Shown here one piece after another: positions 19,274-28,724 of a stretch of 64,000 nt of DNA. The position numbers were made by a program, and so were the translations under genes. Every line of letters starts with the position of its first letter. Within the stretch, counting starts at the first letter, position 1. The notes beneath the pieces were generated by a model. It had not been told where the DNA came from, searched no databases, and was given only the letters and a program-made list of their open reading frames with translations. This DNA is from a virus. The stretch spans positions 32,001 through 96,000 of IMG/VR virus record IMGVR_UViG_3300027736_000027; one strand, given 5' to 3'.

Positions 19274-19367
19274 TATTTAGTATTTCAGATACTATTCCAA
19301 TAACTACTACCGTAATCATTAATGTAATACCGATACAGTCAACTGCTTTATTTAGGAAAGTTTTCAT
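19260..19367 (-). CDS. 35-aa single-TM peptide
   Basis: MKTFLNKAVDCIGITLMITVVVIGIVSEILNIMQY from ATG 19367. Confidence 0.45.
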   Translation of the reverse strand: MKTFLNKAVDCIGITLMITVVVIGIVSEILNIMQY

Positions 19368-19377
19368 ATGTTTTTTA

Positions 19378-19737
19378 TTAAAGATTAATTTCTCTCCATG
19401 GAGTCTCTTGACCGAACCATTCCCGAATCTCTCCAGGTTTAGGCTGCGAACTTTCATAATTTGACCGCTCTTTATCTAAATATTTTTTTACATTAGCAGC
19501 TTTCATTGATTCAGAAATAGTGGTCCAAGTATTAGCCAGGTCAGCCAATACAGAATCTTCAAAATTATATAGTAGACCATCTCGGTCAATCAGCACCCAT
19601 TTTGCTGAATCTAATATAGCCCATCTGGTTGAAGTGGTTACCCCATATAAAAATAGCATACGCGACTCTTCAAGTTCACCGTGCTCTTTAACTAGTTGAG
19701 TGAACACTAAGTTCCCCAAGTCTATTAAGTCCTTCAT
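19378..19737 (-). CDS. hypothetical protein
   Basis: ORF in minus-strand operon; start uncertain. Confidence 0.55.
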   Translation of the reverse strand: MKDLIDLGNLVFTQLVKEHGELEESRMLFLYGVTTSTRWAILDSAKWVLIDRDGLLYNFEDSVLADLANTWTTISESMKAANVKKYLDKERSNYESSQPKPGEIREWFGQETPWREINL

Positions 19738-20329
19738 TATGTTTCTGTATTGTTTGTTTAACCCATTCAAAATTTACTGGCGTATAATCCGTCAAGCAGG
19801 TACACACTGAATAGGCATTTTTTATTGGGTGCACAATTGTGTGTGAGTGACCGTATAAATGATATGCACCATGGTGCTTTCCATTAAATTCAAGAATTGG
19901 ATAGTGGAATAAGACAATTCTTCGATAACCAATTTGTTGGTCAGAATCAGGAAAGAAAATCTCATCATACTCTTTAAACTCTATAATCTTTGCGGCTTCA
20001 CTAAGTTCTCTAAACCACATGTCGGTTATATGAGTATCGTGATTACCCTTTAACCAAATAATATTTCCATTAAGCTGACTAAAAATCCATTTAAGATAAC
20101 TCAATTTAATTCGATACATTGAAGCATCACCTAGGAAAAAAACAGTATCGTCTTCCTGTACAACTGAATTCCAACGAGCAATTATTTCAGTATCATGCTC
20201 TTCAATTGACTTAAAGTTATGGAAACCTTCCTCAAATCTTAAAACATTACTATGATCAAAATGTGGATCACTTATAAACCAGGTCTTGGCTGGGTCGTAT
20301 ATTTTATTGGGCGGTATTTGTATGCTCAT
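19688..20329 (-). CDS. calcineurin-like metallophosphoesterase
   Basis: SDPHFDH, LGD, KGNHD, HYP, GHSH. Confidence 0.9.
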   Translation of the reverse strand: MSIQIPPNKIYDPAKTWFISDPHFDHSNVLRFEEGFHNFKSIEEHDTEIIARWNSVVQEDDTVFFLGDASMYRIKLSYLKWIFSQLNGNIIWLKGNHDTHITDMWFRELSEAAKIIEFKEYDEIFFPDSDQQIGYRRIVLFHYPILEFNGKHHGAYHLYGHSHTIVHPIKNAYSVCTCLTDYTPVNFEWVKQTIQKHNEGLNRLGELSVHSTS

Positions 20330-21390
20330 GCTAGTTTTTTACTAACATACTCAAAAGCGGTTTCGGCATCACTCATAACCTTAGCTCGTTGTTGATGGGC
20401 TAGATCAGTTTCAGCCTTATTATATTTAGACGAAGACGTGTGCTTGTCTATTTTTATTTTGTAAATATTAACGACTTCCTGTAAGAATTCTTGAGAGTTC
20501 TTGTATTTAGATTTAGGCAGCTCAAATGTACCATTTTGCTCTAGCGTTCTGGCAAATCCCAAAATACCATTGCAAATCTGTTCAAGACTTAATGCAGTCA
20601 CATCAATACCAGGGTGCTGTTGCAAGTATTGATCAAGCTGAACTGCTCGCTTCTCTCCACGCGTAAATTCATCAGTGAATTCTGCAAGCTGGGCTAGGAA
20701 CCGGTTAAAATCTCTGGTGACAATTCTCTCTTCAACTCCCTTACGTAATAATGGATTAACCAGCTCTCCGCCTTTAATCTTGGCAACAACACCTCGATCA
20801 GTTACCGAAACATCAAGCGCATTACCAAATGCTTGATATAAGAAACCTACAACAAATCCTTTAATACCCCGAATTGGCGTATATCTGGCTTTTGCCCAAT
20901 CTGATGAGTAATTAAATGTTGAAATAATATCGACTTGTACAGGTCCATCCTTTAAATTTATGACTAACTTAAGGGTACCTTCAGAGATGGCACTGGTTTC
21001 TTCTTTATCTAGGTCAGGTCGAGTTGTCTTGGCTAACCACTGTAAAAAAAGACCATTATATTTTTTAAGAGTATCAATTTCAGCTTGACGGCCTTGAGGC
21101 TCATTGAGCGGATACATTACAATAATATCAACATCACCATATGCCTTTTCAGGATTCTCTTCAAGATCCTTTTTGAAATAGACGCCTGATCCGCCAGGAC
21201 CAACTACGGTTAATGAATCAAATCCATGAGCCTGTGCCCATTGATTAAAATCGTTAAAAATATTTTCAAGAACCCCAATTGCCTCCTGTAAAACAGCCGG
21301 CGTTATTTTGGTTCCCTGCGTTTTAGTTGTTGCCCAGCCACCCATTTCATTTATTTGTAAAAAGTCAGTAAATGATTTAATATTCTTCAA
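20326..21390 (-). CDS. leader-tagged Pol-beta-superfamily nucleotidyltransferase
   Basis: MKNIKSFTDFLQINE; GGSG...YGDVDII...VQVDII; GATAAATAAC upstream. Confidence 0.7.
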   Translation of the reverse strand: MKNIKSFTDFLQINEMGGWATTKTQGTKITPAVLQEAIGVLENIFNDFNQWAQAHGFDSLTVVGPGGSGVYFKKDLEENPEKAYGDVDIIVMYPLNEPQGRQAEIDTLKKYNGLFLQWLAKTTRPDLDKEETSAISEGTLKLVINLKDGPVQVDIISTFNYSSDWAKARYTPIRGIKGFVVGFLYQAFGNALDVSVTDRGVVAKIKGGELVNPLLRKGVEERIVTRDFNRFLAQLAEFTDEFTRGEKRAVQLDQYLQQHPGIDVTALSLEQICNGILGFARTLEQNGTFELPKSKYKNSQEFLQEVVNIYKIKIDKHTSSSKYNKAETDLAHQQRAKVMSDAETAFEYVSKKLA

Positions 21391-21414
21391 AACTCTTAAT
21401 ATTCTTTTTGTTAT

Positions 21415-22221
21415 TTATCGCTGAAGAGTTGGCACCCAATGTGTAGTACGGCCATCTAGAGTCTCTTCACGAATAACAGTATTTCCGTTGAGATCGGTCT
21501 TTTGTGCATAGACCTCAAACTCAAAAGTAAATCCTCCAGTTTCTCCATTTACTTGTCGATAATTTCTAATACTTGCTCCGCCTTGATCATATGAAGCCTG
21601 CATTATTAATTTACCCCAATTCCATAATTGACAAATCTCATCTTGTGTTAAATCTTGCACCAATCGATGTGGCGATATCAGGCAGCGATAAAGCATTTCA
21701 CATTTAATATAGTTACCTATACCAGCAAATAGAGACTGGTTCATTAGGGCTTCAGCAACCGTTTTTTTCTGAATTTTAGGAATCTCAACTTTTCTAATAA
21801 AATCATAAATGCTCGAAGTTTGATCGTTTAACATATCTAGTCCAAGACTTGACAGTTTTTTTGAAAGCTCTGACTTCAGTGTAAACTTTAAGGTGCCAAA
21901 TCGGCGCTGATCAACAAAGTACAGAGAAGTATCATCGTCAAAACCTATTCGGAAATGACTATGTGGTTTAAGGCCGGTTGACCAATAACCGCTCATGCCC
22001 AGTGTTATCCACAGGCAAGTCTCGTCACTAAATTCCAACCAGATAAATTTACCTTTAACTCCTCCACCGCTCACACGGACTGGCACTGATGTTTTAACCG
22101 TAAGATCTGGTGCCCTTTTTAAGAAACGGCCACCAAGTACCTCAAATTGAGAAATTGTTTTATTTTTAGCGAATTCTGAGATTCCCTCATAAACTCGTCT
22201 GCATTCCGGTCCCTCAGGCAT
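21415..22221 (-). CDS. fpg: Fpg/Nei DNA glycosylase, zincless-finger type (start re-assigned to MPEGPE)
   Basis: catalytic MPEGPE, LGMSG, DQRRFG, H2TH GIGNY, GRTTHW without finger cysteines. Confidence 0.92.
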   Translation of the reverse strand: MPEGPECRRVYEGISEFAKNKTISQFEVLGGRFLKRAPDLTVKTSVPVRVSGGGVKGKFIWLEFSDETCLWITLGMSGYWSTGLKPHSHFRIGFDDDTSLYFVDQRRFGTLKFTLKSELSKKLSSLGLDMLNDQTSSIYDFIRKVEIPKIQKKTVAEALMNQSLFAGIGNYIKCEMLYRCLISPHRLVQDLTQDEICQLWNWGKLIMQASYDQGGASIRNYRQVNGETGGFTFEFEVYAQKTDLNGNTVIREETLDGRTTHWVPTLQR

Positions 22222-22257
22222 TATATAAATAACTTTATAAAAATATACCAAAAACAA

Positions 22258-22725
22258 ATGAAAAAATACGTTGAAATTTTTGAAAAGTTTGAAAAAGCTT
22301 TTGACAATATGCCAATTAAGAAAAAGAAGGTTGATCAAGATGCAGATGGTGATACTGATTTTATTGATGCAAAAGTTGCTCAATATCAAAAGGGCGGTAT
22401 GACAAAAGGGCAAGCAATCGCAAAGGCAAAACAGTTTGCAAAAAAGAATAACATCAAGGACTCTAATAAGTCAGTAAAAGAGGGCCTTTTTAATAGATTT
22501 ATGAAACCTTCTATTGATCAAGCCTCTGATGATTCAGTAAAGGGTCAAGGACACAGCCACCGAGGTAATGATGATTTTGCTACACCCGCTGGAGAATATA
22601 TTATGTTCAACGGTCAAAAATTTAGCCAAGACGAAATTGATTATGCTGATTATAACGATCTTGGCAAAATTCCTAGAGTTGAAGATGGCATGTTAATTAT
22701 TGCCAATCCAAATTGGAATAATTAA
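22258..22725 (+). CDS. leader-tagged protein with DxDxDG Ca-binding loop
   Basis: MKKYVEIFEKFE; DQDADGDTDFID; TATAAATAAC at 22224. Confidence 0.7.
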   Translation: MKKYVEIFEKFEKAFDNMPIKKKKVDQDADGDTDFIDAKVAQYQKGGMTKGQAIAKAKQFAKKNNIKDSNKSVKEGLFNRFMKPSIDQASDDSVKGQGHSHRGNDDFATPAGEYIMFNGQKFSQDEIDYADYNDLGKIPRVEDGMLIIANPNWNN

Positions 22726-22778
22726 TTTAAAACTGGTTAGCCGTTTCAAGTAAAACATATCAAATCAAAACTTAAAAT

Positions 22779-22976
22779 ATGTATTATTTAGCAAAACTAC
22801 GCTTTGAGTCAGAAGATGACAATGGCAAAACAAAAAAAATTAGAGAACAATATTTGGTACAGGCCTCATCAGTTGGGGAAGCTGAACAAAAATTAATGGA
22901 TCGATTTGGTCAAGGAATTTCGCCTTGCCAATTAGAGGCAGTTCAGGAGTCTAAAATATTAGGACTAATTGAGTAA
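22779..22976 (+). CDS. DUF4494-like protein (Bacteroidota family)
   Basis: YLAKLRFE...KKIREQYLVQASSVGEAE; class-II promoter at 22730-22756. Confidence 0.7.
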   Translation: MYYLAKLRFESEDDNGKTKKIREQYLVQASSVGEAEQKLMDRFGQGISPCQLEAVQESKILGLIE

Positions 22977-22980
22977 TTAA

Positions 22981-23004
22981 AAAAAGGGACGTAAGTCCCT
23001 TTTT
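22981..23004. terminator. bidirectional intrinsic terminator
   Basis: AAAAAGGGAC-GTAA-GTCCCTTTTT. Confidence 0.85.
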
Positions 23005-23017
23005 AAGTTTTTAAAGA

Positions 23018-23290
23018 TTACCATAATGGAGTTTCTCCGATTTGATCAAGTGCACAGTGAAAGCCTTGAAGCCGAGTTTTTGCTTCTAAAAAACAGCCAC
23101 ACAGTTTACATCTGGTAAATGTTGAGTCAAAGTGATCACACGTTTTACAAATAGAAAGCCTATGATTTTTAGTAGATTCTGAAACAAATACCTTATTTAT
23201 TATTTTAGAAAGAATTGTTGGCTGTGGAGTCTTTATTGCTGAAGAGCCACCGCATCCGCAGTCTTCAGTCGTTGTGTTAGTTGTATCCAT
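23018..23290 (-). CDS. Cys-rich putative metal-binding protein (DUF6171-like)
   Basis: RLSICKTC...RCKLCGCFL...HC. Confidence 0.65.
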   Translation of the reverse strand: MDTTNTTTEDCGCGGSSAIKTPQPTILSKIINKVFVSESTKNHRLSICKTCDHFDSTFTRCKLCGCFLEAKTRLQGFHCALDQIGETPLW

Positions 23291-24265
23291 TTAGGATTGA
23301 TTTTTTTCTAATATACTTTTATCATCAAATGGTAAATAGGTTTCACGTAGATTTGCAAAGTACATTCGATATTTAATTAGGGCAAGGTCTTTCATTTTAC
23401 ACTCAAGCTCGATATCAAACGTACGGTTATAGGTATTTATTTGTTCATAAATATAGTCCGCATGAGACCGCGCAATTACTGATGCATCTTCGTAGGTTTT
23501 TTTGCAACTTGAATAATGAGTTAATTGAGTAGCATTACCCCAAGTGGTTGAGGCTAGAATTAAAGCCTCTTCTTCAGTAAGCCCGCTGGTATTAAATCGG
23601 TGATGGTGAAAGTCAAAGGTAATTGGTGTTGATATTTTTTTATAAATTAAATTATATAGGTCAACTACTGAATATTGAGTTTCTTTATCATCATTTTCAA
23701 CAACAAGCCGCTTTTTTGTATTGGCTGATAACTTTTCAAAGTTAATACAGAATCGCTCAGCTGCTGCCTCTTTATCACCATACGTGCCGCCAACATGGAT
23801 ATTAATTGGAAACTCATGAGTTAACGGCAAGCCCATCAGATCCATAATTTCACAGTGCTGATCCAGATCCTTTAGCGTTTTTCTAACAACTGACTCGTTT
23901 GGAGATGGTAATACATCAAATTGACCAGGGTGCATTGATATGCGTATACCATTTGCGGTAACAAACTCGCCAATCTTTTGTAAATCCTTTAAAATTTCAG
24001 AAAAATTAGGAAGCTTTTGAATTTCATATTCTGACATCCATGGAAAAATATCGCTTGATATTCGATATACATAGATTTCATGTGTTAGATTCCAGCTTAG
24101 AATTGCAAGAACATCTTTTATATTTTGGTGTGCTAATAAACTACAGTAGTCTTGACCTTTTGCCTGAAAGGTCCTCTTAATCATTCCACGATTTGCTGTA
24201 ATTTTTCTACTGGCTAATGATAAATTAATACAACAATAGCCCAAACGTACATTATTATCTTTCAT
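23291..24265 (-). CDS. uvsE: UV-damage endonuclease UvsE/UVDE
   Basis: LGYCCIN, YRISSDIFP, SMHPGQF, IHVGG, LVVENDD, FDFHHH, HADY. Confidence 0.93.
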   Translation of the reverse strand: MKDNNVRLGYCCINLSLASRKITANRGMIKRTFQAKGQDYCSLLAHQNIKDVLAILSWNLTHEIYVYRISSDIFPWMSEYEIQKLPNFSEILKDLQKIGEFVTANGIRISMHPGQFDVLPSPNESVVRKTLKDLDQHCEIMDLMGLPLTHEFPINIHVGGTYGDKEAAAERFCINFEKLSANTKKRLVVENDDKETQYSVVDLYNLIYKKISTPITFDFHHHRFNTSGLTEEEALILASTTWGNATQLTHYSSCKKTYEDASVIARSHADYIYEQINTYNRTFDIELECKMKDLALIKYRMYFANLRETYLPFDDKSILEKNQS

Positions 24266-24289
24266 AATATTATTATACTACAAAATATA

Positions 24290-24922
24290 TTAAATTTGAC
24301 CAGTTGATTGGTAATCGGTAGTTGCAGTTCTGATAACTCTAACCACATCTAGTGCATCTTGCAGAGCCTCATGGGCTACTTTACGTGTTAATTTACATCG
24401 ATCCATACAGGTCTGTAAATTAGGTAAACTTTTATCAACCTGCCAATCCATTAATAAGATTGCTGGATCTATAATTCGCTGCCGGATTTGAATTTTATTT
24501 GACCAACCTGATAATTTTTCTAAAAATAATTTATCAAAAGTGGCAAAGTTTTTGCCAGCAACGGTTATACTAATTTGACTGGCGGTTTCATTGACTGGGC
24601 CTAACCCATTTGAGTTTAGCCACATTGAAAAAGACTGGACAACCAGTGATTCAGGTAAAATATTATACTCACTTCTAATTGCAAGACGATCCTCTTTATT
24701 TGAAGTTTGTAATTTTGCTAGAATTGATAAAATAGGTTGATTCATATCTAGAGCAAATGCCTGCCCAGTATATTTAGCGTGCTCAACAATACACTTAAAT
24801 TTAGGCAGTTGATCAAACGGTACCACATTTAAGGTATCTTCAATAACTGCACCAATTTGAAGAATTTGACAATATTCTGGATCTAATCCAGTGGTCTCAA
24901 TATCAATACTAACAAACCGCAT
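24290..24922 (-). CDS. DEDDh 3'-5' exonuclease / oligoribonuclease-like
   Basis: SIDIETTG, GKNFATFD, HEALQDA. Confidence 0.85.
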   Translation of the reverse strand: MRFVSIDIETTGLDPEYCQILQIGAVIEDTLNVVPFDQLPKFKCIVEHAKYTGQAFALDMNQPILSILAKLQTSNKEDRLAIRSEYNILPESLVVQSFSMWLNSNGLGPVNETASQISITVAGKNFATFDKLFLEKLSGWSNKIQIRQRIIDPAILLMDWQVDKSLPNLQTCMDRCKLTRKVAHEALQDALDVVRVIRTATTDYQSTGQI

Positions 24923-24931
24923 GGTTATATT

Positions 24932-25333
24932 CTAAAAAGGTAAATCATCATCAGTTAACTCATCAAGTAGAGTTGTTGATTTAGTGATAGGTGCTGATGT
25001 ATGAATATCATCAAAGTCGGTATCATCAGAAGAGTTTCCAATTTCTGCTCTTTTTTGACCACTAATTCTCCAAGCTTCAAGAGTTGTGAAATATTTTACT
25101 TGACCCGTTTTATCAGTCCAGTCGCGGCCCTTTGGGTTAAATGATACAGTAACAGTATCTCCGATACCAAATGACTCCAGCATATCGCATTTTTCTTGTA
25201 CTAATTGAAATAGTATTTTTTGTGGGTACTTATCCCCTGTCTCAACGACAAATTCGCGTTTACGAAATCCTTTGTTAAATGTTTGGGCTGGAAATGCCTC
25301 AATGATTACCCCTGTTAATTCAAAATTGCTCAT
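24932..25333 (-). CDS. DUF3127 OB-fold ssDNA-binding-like protein
   Basis: FRKREFVVET..KYPQKILFQL...AWRI; SSB-like tail DDDLPF. Confidence 0.85.
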   Translation of the reverse strand: MSNFELTGVIIEAFPAQTFNKGFRKREFVVETGDKYPQKILFQLVQEKCDMLESFGIGDTVTVSFNPKGRDWTDKTGQVKYFTTLEAWRISGQKRAEIGNSSDDTDFDDIHTSAPITKSTTLLDELTDDDLPF

Positions 25334-25334
25334 G

Positions 25335-25817
25335 TTAAAAGTTTTGATTTGTTATTTTTATATTATAGTTTTTAAAGTTTTTAAAATCTTCGCGATCAGC
25401 CTCGAGTCTACGCTCAACTGAATCGCCTGGCATTTTTCTCTCCAGTAATCTCTGTTTTCTTACCTCTTCATCAATGTCTAAATAAATTACAGTTGATGTT
25501 TTTCTATCATCTTCGGATAATTGATTTAGACCAGACGGTGTCATAATAAAAATATCATCATTATAAAACTGCTTTTTAGTTGTTCCATAAATCCATCCAT
25601 TAAATGCAACCCATTCATAAAATTCGCATTTATCAATCATGTCCTGCGCATCAGGCTGTTTAATAAAAAAATAATCTTGACCGCCTATTTCATCTGGTCT
25701 TGGAGGTCTAGTTGTATAGCTCACAGCATATTTAAAACCTTGAGCCTCAAATGTTTTACGAATATAGTCTTTGCCACTTGCAGCCTTACCTACTAATATT
25801 ATTCGTTTGTGTTTCAT
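25335..25817 (-). CDS. gmk: guanylate kinase-like protein
   Basis: GKAASGKD, SYTTRPPRPDE..GQDYFF, YGT. Confidence 0.85.
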   Translation of the reverse strand: MKHKRIILVGKAASGKDYIRKTFEAQGFKYAVSYTTRPPRPDEIGGQDYFFIKQPDAQDMIDKCEFYEWVAFNGWIYGTTKKQFYNDDIFIMTPSGLNQLSEDDRKTSTVIYLDIDEEVRKQRLLERKMPGDSVERRLEADREDFKNFKNYNIKITNQNF

Positions 25818-25821
25818 ATTG

Positions 25822-27117
25822 TTAAAATTCTCTAGCCTTTCCGTATATACCTTTGAATACTGGAAATCTTAATGAATGTGCACCGTGTTGGTCGGTTGTT
25901 TGTTCAAAAAATTGTACCGTTATTATTTTACCTAAAATTTCATTTGGGTTTTGGTGATAGTATCTGCGCTGTTCAAGATTAAAACCTGAACCTACTCTTA
26001 CCGTATTACCCTTATGCTCTACCATTACGGCCTTTAGCATAACCTCTTCAACCTCTTTACCTGCATCAATTATACGATTGACATCTGAATCTAGTCCAGT
26101 TACTGTATACTCAGCATCGTGCATCTTTTTAACTTTTAACAGATTTTTTGAGCGACGGCCTTCATAACCAACATCATGTCTAATCATTATACCTTCATAG
26201 CCCATTGCTGATGCATCAGCTACTAATACTTCAAAATGATCACGACTCTCTACTTTAAACTGATACAGTGGCTCGGCAAATTCAAGTTCTACCTCTTCAA
26301 ATAGTGTACTTATTATTACAAGCCTGGCGGTTAATGATATTTCGCCGGAACCTTTTTCAAATTCATCAAGCGTTAATAGGTCAAATATATGATATTTTGG
26401 CGACTTAATTACGTGATCTTTTTTACCAATTTCTTTTATTACACCCTGAAAATCTTCAAGACCAGACTCTTGCATTAGGCAAACTTCTCCGTCCAGCACA
26501 GTTGACCTTAAGCCTAATTTTTTAAGATCAGTAGCTAGATTAGCCAAGGTTAAAAACTCTTTACCTTGTCTGGAAAAAAACTTTATTTCTCCAACCTTAT
26601 CAATAACGGCAATACACCGGACTCCATCAAGCTTACGACTTGCCCACCAGGTTTGAGTCTCAAAGTCTATCTTTTTTTCAGCAGATTCAAATTTTTCAGC
26701 CAAGGCTACATTAAAAGTTGGAACTGTTCCAGGTAAAACTGAATTAATTAGGGTGGCCGTTGCTCGGGTTTTTATATTACGATCAACAATATCATAGATG
26801 ACATCTGAGAACTCCGGATATGTTGCAATAAAACCATTAACACACTGAATTGCAGTGTGGCCAGTCACATGCTTATCGTTTAGATCATCAAGTAACTGAA
26901 ATAAGTCATTATAGTTATATACTAAAGTTAGATCTGATCGCTTTTTAAGATTAGCAGAGGTTACATGGTACTGTTTAAATGGAGAATATGTATATTCAAA
27001 TATTTTTCTTAAGAACGGAGAATCATATTTTAATAGAATCTGCTTCTTTATAAGGACTGAAGAGTTAGATTTCATCTCTTCAATAAAGTTTTGTAACTGT
27101 ATAAAATCATTTTGCAT
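25822..27117 (-). CDS. ATP-dependent DNA ligase
   Basis: RKLDGVR, LDGE, EGIM, LLKVK, VGSGF, LRFP. Confidence 0.93.
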   Translation of the reverse strand: MQNDFIQLQNFIEEMKSNSSVLIKKQILLKYDSPFLRKIFEYTYSPFKQYHVTSANLKKRSDLTLVYNYNDLFQLLDDLNDKHVTGHTAIQCVNGFIATYPEFSDVIYDIVDRNIKTRATATLINSVLPGTVPTFNVALAEKFESAEKKIDFETQTWWASRKLDGVRCIAVIDKVGEIKFFSRQGKEFLTLANLATDLKKLGLRSTVLDGEVCLMQESGLEDFQGVIKEIGKKDHVIKSPKYHIFDLLTLDEFEKGSGEISLTARLVIISTLFEEVELEFAEPLYQFKVESRDHFEVLVADASAMGYEGIMIRHDVGYEGRRSKNLLKVKKMHDAEYTVTGLDSDVNRIIDAGKEVEEVMLKAVMVEHKGNTVRVGSGFNLEQRRYYHQNPNEILGKIITVQFFEQTTDQHGAHSLRFPVFKGIYGKAREF

Positions 27118-27141
27118 AAAACTATTATACTAAATAAAACA

Positions 27142-27168
27142 AAAAAAGCCGAATTTCTTCAGCTTTTT
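27142..27168 (-). terminator. probable terminator
   Basis: AAAAAAGCCGAA / TTCAGCTTTTTT. Confidence 0.55.
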
Positions 27169-27189
27169 TAAAAATTTATTTAAGTAAAA

Positions 27190-28692
27190 CTATTTTTTGT
27201 AAAAATCATTAAACGTTTTTAGTCGAGTAAAGTTAATAGATTCAGTAACTGCAGTGAATCCGCCGGTACCGCCTTGATCAGCTTGAGATGCTTCCTTTTG
27301 CATGCCTTGAGAAATCTTGTCAACTTGTCCAGCGAGAGGTCCTGATCCTGTAATACCTGCCCAATAACCGTTACATAGAGAAAGCATGTCTCCACTAATT
27401 TCAGAAGAAACACAATACTCGTAAAAGTCTCCGTCTTCTCCAAAATTCTTAGCCCATGATTGCATAACCGCCTGTGCTGTTTTTGGACTAAGTGTAGTAA
27501 TCATGAATGTGATTTGTAATTCATTACTACCGTCTGTATAACCTTTTGCTAATTCTTTGATTTGCGTACAAAATGCAAATGCTGCATCTTCTGCTGTAAA
27601 GTTTTGAACTTCTTGTTGTTCTGGATCCTCTGAGGCGGCAGCCGCTAGTCCTTGGCCAGCCGCGAGGCCTGCACCTGCACCTGCACCGATTTTTGCACCG
27701 ACTTTTGCAAAATAACCTGCCTTAGTTATTGCTGAGAAACCTGATTTTGCTAGGTCAGCGTCCTTTGCACCCTTTGCGAGCGTTGCAACGTTTGCCGCTC
27801 CGTTAATTCCAACCCCAGTTACTTTATTTGTTCCTTTTGCTGCAGTTAAGCCGCTTCTAAACCCTCTGAGACCGCCTTTTAATTTATTAATTGATCCAGC
27901 TGCTCTAACCATTTTGGCTCCACTAATAAGTCCTCTAGCAGCGGCACCAACTCCAAATGTACAGAGTCCAATTGCAACGTCTACAACCAATGATTGTAAA
28001 AAATCTACACCTATTGCTGCTGAAATTTCTCCATCGGTAATGGTATCACCATAAACTGCCCGAGCTAAAACTTCAGGAGTTCCAGAGAAGTCTGCTTCAA
28101 CTGCGTCCATTAGAGACTCATTGTATGCGCTCTGATATGCAGTACCTAATGCTTTAAATATTTCAGGTATATCCGCGTTTTTGTCATAACCAATACGATA
28201 AATTGCTCCAGCTAGTGCACCAAGTTTATCTTCATCTGTTCCAAAATTTAATCCAAAAATTGAACTTCCTTCAACTCCTTTTCTAAATTGAGTTGCTAAG
28301 AAATTCATATCTAGTCCTTCAATTACCCGTGCCGTTGAATCAAAATCAATATAAACTCCAGATTTTCCATCTGCTGTTTTACCACCAGCTACATAGATTG
28401 AAATTGCGTATTCTTTATCTCCGATTTTTATAGTAAGTCTATTTGGGCCAGGCGAACGTGCTTCTACTAGATTTGCTGCCTCAGTATTAATTTTTAAAAA
28501 TTCTGGATCTTGAACTGCCTTACCTGCGTTATCAATAATTAATTTCTTAACTGCCTTAACTTCAGGAGAATCCGATTCTTGAATTGAAATAGTGTTTGTA
28601 CTTACGTCACCAGCCGCTTCATTTAGCGAATAGTAGCCTAAAGATTTGTTCTCGTGTAGTAGTGCGTAATTTAATAGGTTAATCTGTTTCAT
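27190..28692 (-). CDS. leader-tagged protein with two annexin-like repeats and Gly/Ala-rich hydrophobic segments
   Basis: LLHE...SLNE; FGTDEDKL...AYQSAYNESLMDAVEADFSG; GSNELQI...SSEISGD; C-terminal TESINFTRLKTFNDFYKK. Confidence 0.7.
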   Translation of the reverse strand: MKQINLLNYALLHENKSLGYYSLNEAAGDVSTNTISIQESDSPEVKAVKKLIIDNAGKAVQDPEFLKINTEAANLVEARSPGPNRLTIKIGDKEYAISIYVAGGKTADGKSGVYIDFDSTARVIEGLDMNFLATQFRKGVEGSSIFGLNFGTDEDKLGALAGAIYRIGYDKNADIPEIFKALGTAYQSAYNESLMDAVEADFSGTPEVLARAVYGDTITDGEISAAIGVDFLQSLVVDVAIGLCTFGVGAAARGLISGAKMVRAAGSINKLKGGLRGFRSGLTAAKGTNKVTGVGINGAANVATLAKGAKDADLAKSGFSAITKAGYFAKVGAKIGAGAGAGLAAGQGLAAAASEDPEQQEVQNFTAEDAAFAFCTQIKELAKGYTDGSNELQITFMITTLSPKTAQAVMQSWAKNFGEDGDFYEYCVSSEISGDMLSLCNGYWAGITGSGPLAGQVDKISQGMQKEASQADQGGTGGFTAVTESINFTRLKTFNDFYKK

Positions 28693-28724
28693 TAGTTATG
28701 TAAGATTTTTTTAATTTTTTTTGA

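Noticed and set aside
22222-22413. 64-aa N-terminal extension of Fpg
   Set aside because: Fpg needs Pro2 (MPEGPE at 22221), and the extension overlaps the opposite-strand gene
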